A DNA stretch of 64,000 bases from Raillietiella orientalis (GCA_036172245.1 JAYWIR010000035.1:1674001-1738000); one strand, 5' to 3'. Shown: positions 12,130 through 24,869, numbered from the stretch's first letter. The notes: generated from the sequence alone by a model not told the origin. Translations and numbers: made by a program.

Positions 12130-15100
12130 TAGATGGGATTTGGAACTCCCGATGGCGTCCCTCGTTTTCATGGGATGCACCCCTTTTTTCTAATAATCTT
12201 AGAGCTTTGGAATGCCAAAGCGCAGCATCTTATCACTAGGAATCCAATTAGGAAGACTTTCCCATCGGGCGACGAAGGCAGTGCTCCAACAGCTCCACCG
12301 TCTTCTGCTGGAGGATCGCCTTTGTCTTTAAGGGATTGCTCCTTCAAGTTCAAACGATGATTCCAACAGGTTTCTTTGAGGGAACTATGGATGTAGGAAC
12401 GCCAACTGCTTCCCGATGTGCTCCCTCCTGCCATCGTGAGGTCGTTGATTCCCTCAGAGCCCCGTCGTCGCCTGGATCCCATGGTCGTAAAGATCCTATC
12501 GCGAGTTCCCTAACAGAAGTCCTCACTCCTTTGGAGGGACCGCCAGTGTAGTTTCCATCCAGTTGACTTTCCCGGGATGCTTCCTGCGAAATGGTCCTTG
12601 AACCTCCCATGTTTCAGCGCGGAGATGTGCACATTTTCTTTCTCTCTCTCCCTCTCCCTGGAGCATCCCTCTCCTTCAGAGACCCACATCCTCGTAAGCC
12701 GAAGCCGCCGAAGGACCTGTCTTTTGGAAAATATGGAATTTCTTTGAAGCGACACGTTTGTACGTGCACTGTCCTTTGAATCGTCTTCGTGCAAGAACCA
12801 TCCGCGGATGTCGTGATCCGCTTTCGGAGCTCACACGAAGCGCCCACGCATCCGAATTTGTCCGAAAGTGGCGGCTTCCGCAGGTGCCACGCCATGAGCG
12901 GACCGCGGTCATCGAGAGAGCTCGGTTGGCTTTCGACTCTTCGACCCCCGTGTGGCGTCCTCCTCGCACTCTCCGAGAGGTTGGGAAAACCAAACGGTGT
13001 AATCGGTCAGCAGCCGAGTCCTACGGCGACACGAGGCCGCAGGCGGCGAGGGCTCTGGCCGGAAGGAAACCACGTGACCCCGGATGCAGACCGGGTAGCA
13101 CCGGACTCCGAACCTGGTTGCTTCGTCCCGACACACCCGCAGGACGAAAAAACGGGAATCTGGGAAAAGAAGTTCCGATGGACGCGTTTTGTGAGCACCA
13201 CTTCCTTTCTTCCTTTATGCAGCGGTCAAGAGTCCAACTGGTCATTTTGGCTTCCCGCAAATATTCGTCCCCGTGGAAGATGCTTGACCGGAAGACAAGT
13301 GGATCCAACCATGGCAGCATGAAATGGGAAAGATACCTTCGGCTTCTCTGCGCTCGAGCGCGCACACACAAGCAGGGCGGTCGGTCGTAAAACGGGAAGG
13401 CAATGGTGCTCAGGGAGGGAACTCTTACGTTGCATCCGGGGGTTTCCGGCTTGTACCAGTGCCGCCGCACCCAACGCCACGTGCCAACCAGCGCCATCCA
13501 GCGGGGGGGACTCGAAACCCACGACGCGCCCTCCATCGCTCGGCGGCGTCGACCCTTCTCCCGGCGGGATTCGAAGTTTCTCTCCAACACTTGGAAGGTG
13601 GCGCCTCCATCCGGAACGAGTGAGCACTGCGGCCGAAAGGTGCGGTGCTGCCCCACACCACGGAACACGCGGACGTGGCTCCTTTTGAACAGAGAGGGAC
13701 AGATCACAGCGTTTGTTTCGCGTTGGTTTTCCCTGTCCGGAGACGCGGATGAAGCCGACTGCTCCCCAGAAGACGGAGTGGCTGCTCGCCCACGCATTGC
13801 CCAAGGGATCCTTTCGCTTCCATGTTCTTCCATTTTGGCCACTCGGATTAACTAAAATCGGGCAACAGAGGTGCGCTCCAACGTGCAAGAACGCCCTTTG
13901 CCCTGGGCACCCTCTAAGCGAAGGCATCGCGCTCGCGACGCCGGGATACGTCCATCGCTCCAGATGGTTCTGACAGGAACTCTGGCTGGCTACGGCCTCC
14001 ATTTTCGCTCATCCTGCTGGTGCAAGGTGTGGCCACCAGGAACTGCGGGGAGAGCATGCGTAGAAGACTCCTAGCACGGAAGGAATGCTCATGCAATCTT
14101 GAGACACTGCATCTGCAGCCAACTTGCCAAATAATCCGAGGTATCATGAGTGGTTACTACTTCATAGCTGCAAACGTCGGAAAGATTACTCGAAAGAGCT
14201 GGAACCTAATGACCCACTCGGAGTCGACTCAGTGCCACCAGGAGAGAAAACTCTTTTGGATGCCCCTCCTGCCCCTAGGAAAGCTCCCCAGAAGAAGCCT
14301 TGGGGGAGATCGAGAAAGGGAAAGAAAAGCAACCGGCTGGAGCTTCATTTCTCGACCGAAGCAGTCCTTCCGCTGCTGACGAGGTCACTCTCCGCGAGGT
14401 CCTCGCAGTCCTGGGATCTCAAGAACGATGCTAGATAGGGCTCAAGACCTCGTGGCACAAGGCGAGAATGAGATCGTATATTCCACTGTCCAGTCCTCCC
14501 GTGACGCCTTTGGGAACCATCGTCTGGGATATCAGCGACGAAGCAGCCGACGACCCAGGCATCTTAAACAAACGTCCATCCTTACCACACCACTCCATCG
14601 GAGAAGTCACCGGTTGCTGATGAAGCGTCTGTAACGTTCTTTCATGATCACGACATGGTTCATGATATACTGTTAGACGGTTCTGCTACTTAGTTCTGCC
14701 ACTGCATCAGTCCCCGGGCTCCAGGATGCTTGCGTTTCCGTTACCACGGGGCTTGCTCTTCAGGCTAACTCGAGAGGACGCTCGCTTGTCACTCAGGAGG
14801 AGCGCAAAACACTTCAGTGAAGATGACTCCAGTGACCTCAATCTGGGGTCGCTTCTTTACTAACGATTTCCGCTTTCATAGGAAATCGGGTGTCAATGAA
14901 TCAACCGGTCACGCCCAGTTGTGTCCGAGAGGGCAGAATTCGTCTTTCAAAAGCCTGTGAGAACCGGACTGCCTTGCAGTCCTGCACTTTTGGTTGGAGG
15001 AGCGACGAACGACTTCCTGGACCCTGGTGCATCTCGGCGAAACCTCGGCGCATGGAAAACTCCGCTCGAACCCCTCTTCTAGATCACTGAATTGAAGAGA

Positions 15101-15340
15101 GCGTTTCCTTGCCGGGCTCAAGCACAGCGCTGATCTCTGCCGATGTCATCAAGTGGCATGTGGTGGCATGGGTGGATGATAAAGCCATGAAGCTGAGACC
15201 GTGGCCAGCGGGAGCTCGAAGACCTAGAATTCCAGGTTTGACAGAGGCCTGCGCATGTCATTTGGCGACTCAGTGTATACGCTGACCTGCTTAGGATAGA
15301 CGAGGATTCGCAGCTAGGAATCTCGGCTGGATGGAGTCTT
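12130..15340 (-). mobile_element. Decayed LINE: ORF1 zinc-knuckle region plus APE endonuclease and linker
   Basis: KCRT-RQSGSHRLLKDEFCP knuckle-like motif at ~14920-14990; APE-start-like ILVNPSGQNGRTWKR at ~13860; ADH at ~12815. Interrupted by the 13.44 kb insertion. Confidence 0.5.
13440..13607 (-). repeat. Head-only copy of the tRNA-headed hairpin repeat
   Basis: Minus strand reads TTCGAATCCCGCC...GTCGTGGGTTTCGAGTCCCC...GCACTGGT..AGCCGGA, collinear with the first ~200 bp of the long copies. Flanked by direct CATCCGG (13433-13439, 13608-13614). Confidence 0.75.
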
Positions 15341-15344
15341 GGCT

Positions 15345-16160
15345 CACGTTGGTGGCTACGTGACTTCCGTCTCCGCGAGTGGTACCAGGCGTTGCGGGTT
15401 CGAATCCCACCTAGAATCGAACCCGCAACCTGGGGGCAGGGTTGACAGTCGGTAACTGGGTACGTCGTGGGGTCCCCCTCCGGAACCTCCTTACGTCATC
15501 CTTCAGGGCTCCTCTCCCCAGGATGACGTTGGCTGGCCTGTAGGCTCCGGGTACGGAAGCACTGGTGGAAGCAGCCGGATGCCCCCGTCGACTGCATTCC
15601 GGGATTGGAAGTCGCCCCTCCGGGGTCTTCCAGGTGGAATCAAGGAGCCGATCCCCTTTGGGGTTCCCCTCTGGAGGTGAAGATGGAACCGTTTCCCCTT
15701 CGGGGGGACCTTTCATCGCGCACTATGGAGCTGGTCGATACGCCCTCGGGGGGTCGCCTCTTCAGAGTGCAAGAAGCGCGCTGCTCCTTTCAGGGGAGCG
15801 CCTTTCAGAGAGAAATTGGGAAGCCTCCCTTCTGTGTTCTCTTTGGAGGAGGAGGAAAGAAGAAGCAGTTCTCTTGAAGGGGTTCCCCTCGAAGAAGAAA
15901 TTCCAGGAGTGGATCTTTTCCTGGTTCCCTTCGGGGAAGAAACAAGGAGTCCTTACAAACCGTATGGTCCCTCCGGAGGGAATAAGGAAAAAGTTCCCTT
16001 CTGGGTCCCCTCCCAAGCGTAAGAGGAACCGAATCCTACCTCCAGAGCCTTGCTGGATGGGTGGTTCCATCCGGGGGGTACCTCATATAAATTGAAGGGC
16101 ACGCGCCTCCAGATGGCGCGGACATTCGTGACCCTCCAACGGAGGCGAACGATTCTTGGA
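15345..16160 (+). repeat. tRNA-headed multi-hairpin repeat, copy 1
   Basis: GGTTCGAATCC at 15397-15407; collinear with 24025-24866, 38867-39596 and 54686-56810, sharing blocks such as CAGCCGGATGC, TTCCAGG..AATCAA, AGTGCAAGAAG and GGCGAACG.TT. Confidence 0.85.
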
Positions 16161-16169
16161 TGCTCGGCT

Positions 16170-17900
16170 GGGGGTAGGGGAGTGGGGCTGTACGTGCAGG
16201 CCAGTCGGTCGGCGCGGAAGGACATCGGATGGCACCTCGCAAGATGGTCCTCACGAGCTGAGTGATCTTCTCATCCCACTGTCTTTCGCAGCAGAAAAGA
16301 ACGCTTCGGTTGGTCGGGGGCGTGCACGCACGAATGCAACAGCGAAGTCCCGGGCTGCGTTCTTCAGACGAGAAGAAGGATGTTCTCTTTCGCAAGAAGT
16401 TGCAAGGCCCGTTCGCTCTCCGTCCGAAGGAAAGCCCGGATCATTTTTCTTGCCTGGTAACACTTGCTTCAGTTGGCAAGCGAGCAAACCGTTTCGGCTG
16501 ACGGGTCGGAAGCCAACCGTCCCTTGTCTTGGCATCTGACGATGCTCTGGAAGAGGAAGTCCCCGAAAACTGAACCAGCGTAGGGAGCTCGCTGCGGAAG
16601 GCTGTCGGGTGTTTTGACCGTTGCGGATTCCTCAGCCCAGTGCTGAGGAGGAATGTTGCGACCAGACAGTTGGGTTGCTTGCAACCGATCTAGGAGGTTG
16701 TAGGATCGTCAGAAGGCGATTCTGCGGACGAGGTCTTCGACTCCTCAACCACTCCTCGACCACCTGAAACATAACACGGCGTGAGTGGCGTCCGCTGAGC
16801 TTGCTGAAGCGTTTCGATTTTCCAATGTGCACCTCGCAGCGTCCACCTGCCTTCGTTGGATGACCTTCCCTTTGACAGTTGAACGGTTAACAGATGTATC
16901 CTACAGGACGAGGTCTTCTGGTTCGTAAAGTGGAACCAAAAGAGGCTCCTTCCTTCGGTAACGAAGAAATGGTTTCCTTGACTTCGGAGGATGTTTTGCG
17001 ACTCTGTCCGCTACGTTCCAGAAATTGCTTCGAATGTATATTCAAGTCTCGGCCTGTACCATGCTGGGGGGAGTGGAGAGAATTCTCTTCAATATCCGGC
17101 TGCTCTCCGGGTCAACCAGGTGCTTCTTGAATAACCACTGCTGATTTCTTCCTCCCGAGTTCCTGTCCTCAGTGAGGGTGCCTCAGTCACCCGTCCGATG
17201 GTCGTTGATCAACTCCGCTTCCAGGTCGAGCATCATCACATGGTTCCGGAAGGTCACGAGGCGCGCGCCCGAGCAGAGGAGAGCTCAGCAGCATTTCTTC
17301 CAGCTTCAGAACGGAGACGAGACGGAGGAAGTGGGCGTCGCCCTCAGTGACGATTCCTAAGAACCCGGGAGAGTGACCCTCTGCACGCGCATACTTCGAC
17401 CTCCTGCCTCGACAAGAAGCTGCCGAGCTGCTTCCTGCCCCCGACCCTGGAGGCCTGGCATCCACCCTGCGTCACGGATGGGGATGAATGAGGCTCTGAG
17501 CGACTCCGTGGTGGTGTCCCCGTGGAGGACGACCGTCCGGCCGCCGGGAGGGGCGACTTCCTCGATGGAGAATCGGACCTTTGTCCTGCTGATGCCGTGA
17601 CCACGGTGGCACCTCTGTCGGAGCAGATGATCGAGCTTAAAAGCAGCCCTCAGCCATCCGAAGTCTTCCTCTGTCCCTTGGCGAATGCATGCATCGGAAA
17701 GTTCCCTTCTGGTCAGTCTTGAGCGTTCACGTCTCAACAATGCAAGCATAGAAGGAGGCTGAAGAGTGGAACCGCAGTGGAGTTGGATGTAGTGTGGATC
17801 CTGAAGTGACAAGGAGTGGCCCCTCGGTGTGGTTAAGGCAAGCTGAATGTGTGTGCGTCCGTTTTTTTCACTCCTATTCTGGGGAGTTGGGTGGTTACGA
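16170..17900 (-). mobile_element. LINE ORF2 3' part (RT thumb to C-terminus), abutting repeat copy 1
   Basis: GGRTVVL (~17540) and LRCCIRA...ITQLVRTILRGAIRCP (16220-16360), the family C-terminal signature. Confidence 0.6.
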
Positions 17901-19639
17901 CCGAGACCGTGAGGGGAACCGTCCCCAAGGAACTCTGGGAGATGAAGAAGAAGGGTTGAACAGCCGACTCACGCGAGTCGGCTAGATGGAAGAGCGGGGG
18001 GTTGGGGAGGAGAGGACAGTCGGTTCGATAGATCCTTAGGCGGGAAGGGAGGGGAGTGTGGGGGCACCTTCGAGTCTCTCACCGCGTCTCCTGAGGTCCG
18101 CGAGAGAAGCGGATGGTGTCCTCCGTCGCTCCTTCCGGCAGGCGAGGTATCACTTCGCTGCACTCTCTAACACGCGGGAAAGGATGACGAAACGTCCGAC
18201 TTTCCAAGTTTGCTGGCGCCCCCTCTGACAAGTGGATAGGGGGAGGAGAAGGGGAGCTGCTATCGTTCCCTGAGGCAGCAGAGGGACTGGGCGGTCGGGG
18301 AGGCTGTAGGAGGAGCCTGTCGCTTCTTGAGAATCCGCTCGAGGTGGAGCGGGGCGTCAGCATCGCCAGCTGCCCCGAAGGACGCAGAAGCCGCACAAGG
18401 AGAGGTACCACAATGTTTCCACTTCCCGCATCTGGCACAGCCTTGTCCATAGGTAGTCGGTGCTTTTTACAGGGAAGACGCCAGTGCGCGGCGAGCAACA
18501 CCTCCTGAGGGTTGCGCCAGAAAGGTCGGGAGCGTTTCCTGGCTTCCGTCTCTTTCCCCGGGACCCCCGTTGTGGCATCGATTGGCGGTTGGACGCCGTC
18601 AATCCCGAAATCTCCTCTCCGTGCCGTGTTCCTCGAGTGGTGGGATCGTCTCCCGCGTAGCGTCCAGCCCGGTCCCCCTGTTCTGCTTGGAAATCAGGCC
18701 AGCTTTCGGACGCCCTAATGTCACACCAGTCACGCTCTCTCTGGCTCCACTCTTGCGTATCCCCTCCCTCTTCATTCCTTTCTCCATGCCAGTGCTCTTC
18801 GAGAAATCATGCGGATCAAGGGATCCGTGACCCTAGCACGGCGTAGGGCTGGATCGAGTCCCATCACTCTGCTGGTCTCTCTTCGGTCCAACCTCTGTGT
18901 CTCGATTCCAAGTTTCCGTTTTGCCTCAAAGTTCTTGAACCAGACGCGCACCTCAAAGCAGGTGTCTCGCCTGGAAAGGATGAGCCTCCCCGTTTCCAGG
19001 ACCCACGGAGCGACGTCCCATTTCTTCTTCTTCCTTTGCTAGCGAATCTTCACCACGGCCTTGCAAATTTCAGTGAGCTGCTCCCCGTTCCCTGTGCTCC
19101 GAGCGTTCCTCATATGGCAAGGTGCTTTCGCTAAGCAGCGAGAAACGCCTGCTTTTCCTCCCGTCTCTTCCCGAAGAGTTCCTCCTTGCTCCGAGCCCAC
19201 CGTGCGCCTCAAAGACCGTCCCAGGGCAGTTCCTCCCGTCTTGCTGCATTACAGGAGGTGTACTCAGCGGTAGCTGGATCCAGCTCCTGGAAAAATGCCG
19301 GAAGCACGTTTTGAGGACCTGGAATGAAGGAAAGGTGGAATAGGAAAAGATGCCTTCGCTGCAGCAGCTCCAAATTGATCCCAGTTCCCCACTTTTACAT
19401 TCGCACCCATCATTTCTTCCCGTTACGCGTCCAGGGAACGGGAAGAAATGAGAGCTCCACGTCCAGGAAGGACAGAAGAAAACAGGAAAGGAGTTCGTCG
19501 AGCAGCAGTGGCCACTCTGACCTTGAGAATGAAGCGGTCATCTGCTGAGGCCTGGCGGCATCCATGGAGAGCGAAAGAAATCCGGAACCTTCCGCCTGAA
19601 AGGATGGAGGGACAGACGGCTCCAGTCTGCAAGGTGACC

Positions 19640-21180
19640 AACTGAACCCCTGATCAAGGATGACACGCAAGGTGGCCAAGAGGAGGTGACGATGTCTCTT
19701 CGTTTCCCGAGCGGAGCTCTCCGTGAGGTGGCTGCGCGCCAAGACGTGGGGAGATATCTCCGATCTCACACGTTGCGGATGCTGAGGGATTACAGGAGGA
19801 AGATGTGGAAGGGAATTCCCAAGCTTGGCAGGCAGGGTACAAGAAGCCTGAAGCCTCCTCTATCCCTACAGCCTCCCTCGGGCCTCCTCCGCTGTGCTAA
19901 AACAGAAGCACACCAAGGGAAGCTCCGGGAGATCTGCCTGGATGCGCTCCGCGTTTCACCGCTCGGAAAACACTTCGGGCTTCTGACTCGAAGGGTGACC
20001 TTTCGGAGGACAGAAGAGTGCGCCTTCTTTGTGGCCGGGGAAAGACAAGGGAGACAGACGAGCGCCCAGAAAGCCGCGGATGGAAGCTGGGAGGAGTCGC
20101 CTCCTCTCAGGCGACAGGGGGAAGGAGGGACGAAAAAACAAACAAACGAATGGCGTCTTTTTACCTCTTGGCGTGTCTCAGTCCAAAGAGTCTTCTTTTT
20201 TTGTTGCTGTTGTTGCTGCTGCTGGCTTTGTGGAAGATGAAATTTCATTGCCGGAGCAGTGGAAAGTCGGGGCTATTAAGAGCGACCGTTCCCTGAAGCG
20301 CCGCGCCAAGAACGCAGTAGGCAGGAACAGAGTCAGTTCGTTCCCGTTTTTCTGACGTAGTAGACGCACTTACGAGAAGGGGAAAGTGAACAGCCCCGGG
20401 GCAGGTTTCTACTCCTACTCCTCCGACTGAAGCGTCCAAGTGGCGGGCGTGCCCCATTCTCGTGTAAGCGTCCCTCATCTTTATGGCGGGCTAGAAAATG
20501 GATCTGCCTGGTGCATCCTGGGTAATGAATCCTGAGTAATGAGAAGGTGATGGGCAAACCGAATGTCCGTTCGGATCTGCGCCGGCGCCGAGGTCTCGGA
20601 TTTTAAAATGACTTGGCACTAGGCTGGTGAAACGGATTCTTGCCGGACCGCCTTTGCAGAGTGGAAGAGTGAAGGTGAAATTCAGCTGCAAACTGCTCCT
20701 GCTGCTGCTACTGAGGAACAGCTCACACTGTGGGACTGCAATGAACAGTACGGGCTCTGCAAGTATCGGGTGGGCAGAATGATGACGACCCTGGAGGATG
20801 GACTGCACCGGCTGTTCACGTACATCGCAAAGACTTGCGTGCAGCAACCTTTACGGGGAGTGCTTGGAGCTGAATGGCAAGCAAGACGTGGCCTCTTAGG
20901 ATAGTGCCATAGAGGATCTGAAGAAGCTGCTGACCCACACGCGCGTGCGGATTTCAAGTACTTCCACGTGCATACTTTATGACCTTCGACTCCCCGAGAT
21001 GCTTCCATGCCGGGCCTTCCCTTGAAAATCTCTACTTCGGTTACCGCCTGAGGAAGCTCAACAGGTGCGTGAAAGAGCTATTGGACGATAAGAACAAGGA
21101 AGGCATAGACGGATTGGCCAACGCACTTCCTGCCATCGAGGATCCCTCTGGCTTTTTGTTCTTTCTTTTGATGATGGTGA
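19640..21180 (+). mobile_element. LINE linker and RT fragment
   Basis: Ordered eroded motifs LPEQWKVGAIK, NRVSS, KMDLPGA, ELNGKQ and FKYF, corresponding to LP..WK.G.I, NxRPIS, KLD..KA, LN..K and FKYLG. Confidence 0.6.
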
Positions 21181-21464
21181 CGTTTCCTCATCTTCTCATG
21201 CGTAGGCTTCCCTCTCCCTTTTTTCCCCACCTCCCCACGTATCCGTAATGGGGAGGCTTGGTCCAGCCTCGTCTCCTTCCATCTCCTTCGCTTTCGCAGT
21301 TGCGCTTCGCTGCAACGCTGGCTCGATGCGGTGTTCATTCCTCTGCGGTACCTCCGAGGCTGCCAGGGTACCAGGAAGGCTTCGAAAGACCACCACAATC
21401 TTTCCATGGAGTCTGCCCTTGAAAGCACCTTCCTGGCTCCCCCGCGACGCGAGGAACTGCTTTT

Positions 21465-24020
21465 CCCGGAGCATCTTCGTCTATGAACGAAGCGGTTCTT
21501 CATTTCGTCAGATTGAGAAGTGAATTTTAGCCTGGCTGCTTGCAGCTGCAGAGAGAAAAGGGGCAAGTTTCCGAGAACACATTCTAGGGGAGATCCGTCC
21601 ATTCTTCCGGCAGAGTGAAAGAAGGGTCCTCGCTTGGGAAACAAAACCAACGTACTCAAAAGAAGATGCAGGAGAGGCATCTGTGGGGGGGGGAGCGTGC
21701 TACGAGGATAGTCATCTTCCTAATTCGGGGGAAAAAAATCTCCATAAAAAAGCTCCCCTATCAACGCCACGAGATGGTGCAGCATCTGCCCATCTCTGGC
21801 GGATGCTGTGCACTCCCCTGATCGAGCACCTCAGCGATCCAGTGTGCAGTCTCCTCTCTAAGCAGGCGTACGATTTTGCGGCAGCTGAACCGAAAAGAGT
21901 CCTGTGGACATCCTCCAAAAAGAAGAAGGTTTGGTGAGATGCTGCTGCCATCTTCCCCACTCCCTCTCCGTCATCTCGCCGAGCAACCACAACGAAAAAC
22001 CTTGCCGGTCGTCTGGGAGAGTCCACTCACAGAGTGTCAGTGAGATGAGGGGCGGCCTGCTTCCCTGCTGGCTCTGGGACGCCGATGCTGCCGGTGTCTC
22101 GGCTGGCTGCAGGGTGATCGCCTTCCCCGTTTCCCCGGGCGAGTTGGGAAGACAGCAAGGAAACGGAGGGAGAGCACCCAGAGTGCATCGTATGCTGCGC
22201 CGCCTGCGGCACCAGATGGCTCTCTTGGTGCGCGCGCTAGTTGAGGGAGAAGGAGGAAGTCGTTACTCCGGCGGAGGAGAATGAGGAGGAGTCGCCGGGC
22301 CTTCCGGCCGGGGGGTGCGCGTCTTGCCTTGGTCGAGAGCGCCATCCAGGCGCTGGAGGGGGCGAGGAGTCTCTGGACACTTCTGGACCGGATCTCAGAC
22401 GCGCCTTTTGTGTGCACCTTCCTCCGAGAGCTCGTGAAGGCCAAGGACAGGCAGTGGGCCGCCGCCTCTCAGTTTCTGCAGCGGTGCAAGGACTTCGGCG
22501 TCCTCAGGTCCGATTTGAGAAAGGTGAAGTCGGGACTGTCCGCCTACCAGGAAGAAGCGCCCTTGCGGACACATACCAACTAGTTCCTCAACGTACACGG
22601 CAGGTGACGGCTGGAAAACTGAAGCCGAGCTCCTGGGTACGGCCCAGGAGAGCAATGTGTTCGAGGAGCGGACCGCCAGCAGCCTCGGTGAGACCCTGAC
22701 CAGCGTCCTCGTGCTGCGGGCCGACTCGCATGAGTCCCCTGTCCGCGTTGGACGTCTCATGCGGCTGCGGGATGCGTCCGGCTCTCGAACACGTTGCTGG
22801 TCTGGACAGCTGACTCTAAATGAGCCCACAACGACCTCGCCTGGGAAAGCATGTCTCCCTGGGCAACGAGACTCGAGGGCCGCCACCGGCTCCAAACGAT
22901 GGCATCGTGCTCGTTCCCGCCATCGTGCAGCAGCTACGCGCCAGGCAACCTCCCACGATCATCGAGATGTCTTGCACGAGGTCGTCTCGTCAGCCTGCTG
23001 GAGAAGCAGCAGCCAGGCCGGCTCCAGGAGCCGGCCTGGCTGGTCCTCCGACTGGCTACCTAATGGCGCTGTCGTCAGGACACTCAGGCGGATCTGGAGG
23101 AGGTCCGTACCGGAACTGGTCCCCAGCCCGAAGAGCGTCAGCTCGTTGAAGAGGGTCCTCAAACGGCCAACACCATGCGTCAACGAGGTCGAGGAGTTCA
23201 AGCTGATTAACGTCGACGAGCTGACCAACCTCAGCTCCGGACAGCGTCCTCGATATCAGCACAAGCGAATCCCGAGTGGCTCTCGTCCAGGTCGACTTTA
23301 ACCCCGGATGTCATGAAGCAGAACCCGGTTGACCTCGCCGAAGGAGCGAGCGAGCCCCGCAGGGAGCTGGTCGGAACCGCAGCCGTCAGCAGAGCGAGCT
23401 CCCTCTCCTGGTGGCGGTACACAACCAGAAGCTCAACCAGTCTCTGCAAAACTGCAGGAGTGAAACGTCATGGAACTTCAAGAGCTAAGATGGTGGAGTG
23501 GGGTAGATAAGAAGTCGGGGGCGTCCCGGGGAGGAAGCGTTAGGGCGCGAGTGAGAGAGCTGCAGCACTGTGGAGACATCTCAGGAGGAAGCTGGAAGTT
23601 ACCAAGTTCCTCAACGCGGTGAGCCAGGTGGGCCAGCACCGCGCTCCCGCAGCGGAGGCTGAGCGCGCCCTGGCGGCTTCCAGCAACGAACGAGCCGTTC
23701 GTTGCTGGAAGCCTGATCCTGCCTCGGGACTACCGCGAAACGGACCTTCGTCCCCGGCTCGAACTACCCCAAGGTCACTCCGGTGCCACTCGTGGCACGG
23801 GCAGCAGCCGAGGCGGTGCTCCCTCCAGTGAAGGCGTGGTAGTACGGCAGGAGAACGAAGGATTGCTTCTGGACTCTGGCGCTCAGAGGGAGGTGGAATG
23901 GTTCCCTGATTCCCCACGACATCGGGGCAGTCTTCATTGGAGACGGGGCGTTTCCATGACGCCACTCTCCAGTCGCAGCCGGCGTTGACGGCAGCTGCGA
24001 GGACCAATCTTCCGTTCACA
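21465..24020 (-). mobile_element. LINE RT through C-terminus and 3'UTR
   Basis: DWRVA, LLEAARA, ILALEV, SADG, SGVKVDLDES and QFRYG occur in RT order (23980 to 23100); SLRCSIRG C-terminal motif at ~21820. Confidence 0.7.
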
Positions 24021-24024
24021 TGCG

Positions 24025-24866
24025 CGCGGTGGCGGCCACGTAACTGCCGTCTACGCACGTTTCACCGAGTATTGCGGGTTCAAATCTCACCAGAGGGGGG
24101 GAGGGAAGTCGATGCCAAGAACGGGGGATTGCGTCGTGGGTTTCGAGTCGCCCCCCCCCCTCCCCACTCCTCAGCAGGATGATGCTATTTGGTCTGTAGG
24201 CTCCGGGTGCAGAAGCACTGGTAGAAACAGCCGGATGCTCCTGTCGACTGGGTTCCGGAATTGGAAGTTGACCCTACGGGTCCTTCCAGGAGGAATCAAC
24301 GAGCCCTTCGGGATTCTCCTCCGGCGGTGGAGATGGAGCCGCCCTCTCCCTCAGGGGGAAACCCTCCATTGAGTACCATGGAGCTGATTGCCCCCCCCTC
24401 CAGGAGGTCGCCTCTCTAGAAGTGCAAGAAGTGCGCTGCTCCCTTCAAGGAGCGCCTTTCAGAGAGAAATCGGGAAGACTTCCTTCGAGATTCTCTTTTG
24501 AGGAGGAGGAAACAAAGAGCAGTTCCCTTGAGGGAATGCCCTCGGAGAAGAAATTCCAGGAGCTGACTCTTTCCTGGTTGCCTTCGGAGAAGAAACGAGG
24601 AGTGGCCCCACAAACTGGATGGTCCCTCCGCAGAGAATAAGGAAGAGGTGGTTCTCTTCGAAGGCAAGCTGAACGGGGGTTCCCTTCCGAGCGTGGGAAG
24701 GAACGGACTCTTTCCTCCGGGTCCCTCTGGATTCAAGGAATGGTCTCCTCCCGGAGTTACCCCCTATAACCTGAAGGGTTAACACGTGCCCCCGGACGGT
24801 GCGGACGGAATACAAGAGCTTCGTGGGTCCCACCTCCACCCCCTAAGGAGGCGAACGGTTCTTTGG
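24025..24866 (+). repeat. tRNA-headed multi-hairpin repeat, copy 2
   Basis: GGTGGC start, GCGGGTTCAAATCTCAC at 24074-24090; collinear with copy 1 along its whole length. Confidence 0.85.
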
Positions 24867-24869
24867 CAC

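Noticed and set aside
15351..15415. Functional tRNA gene
   Set aside because: Only a T-arm/B-box and a weak A-box are present. There is no consistent cloverleaf, anticodon arm or T-run terminator, and it is embedded in a dispersed repeat.
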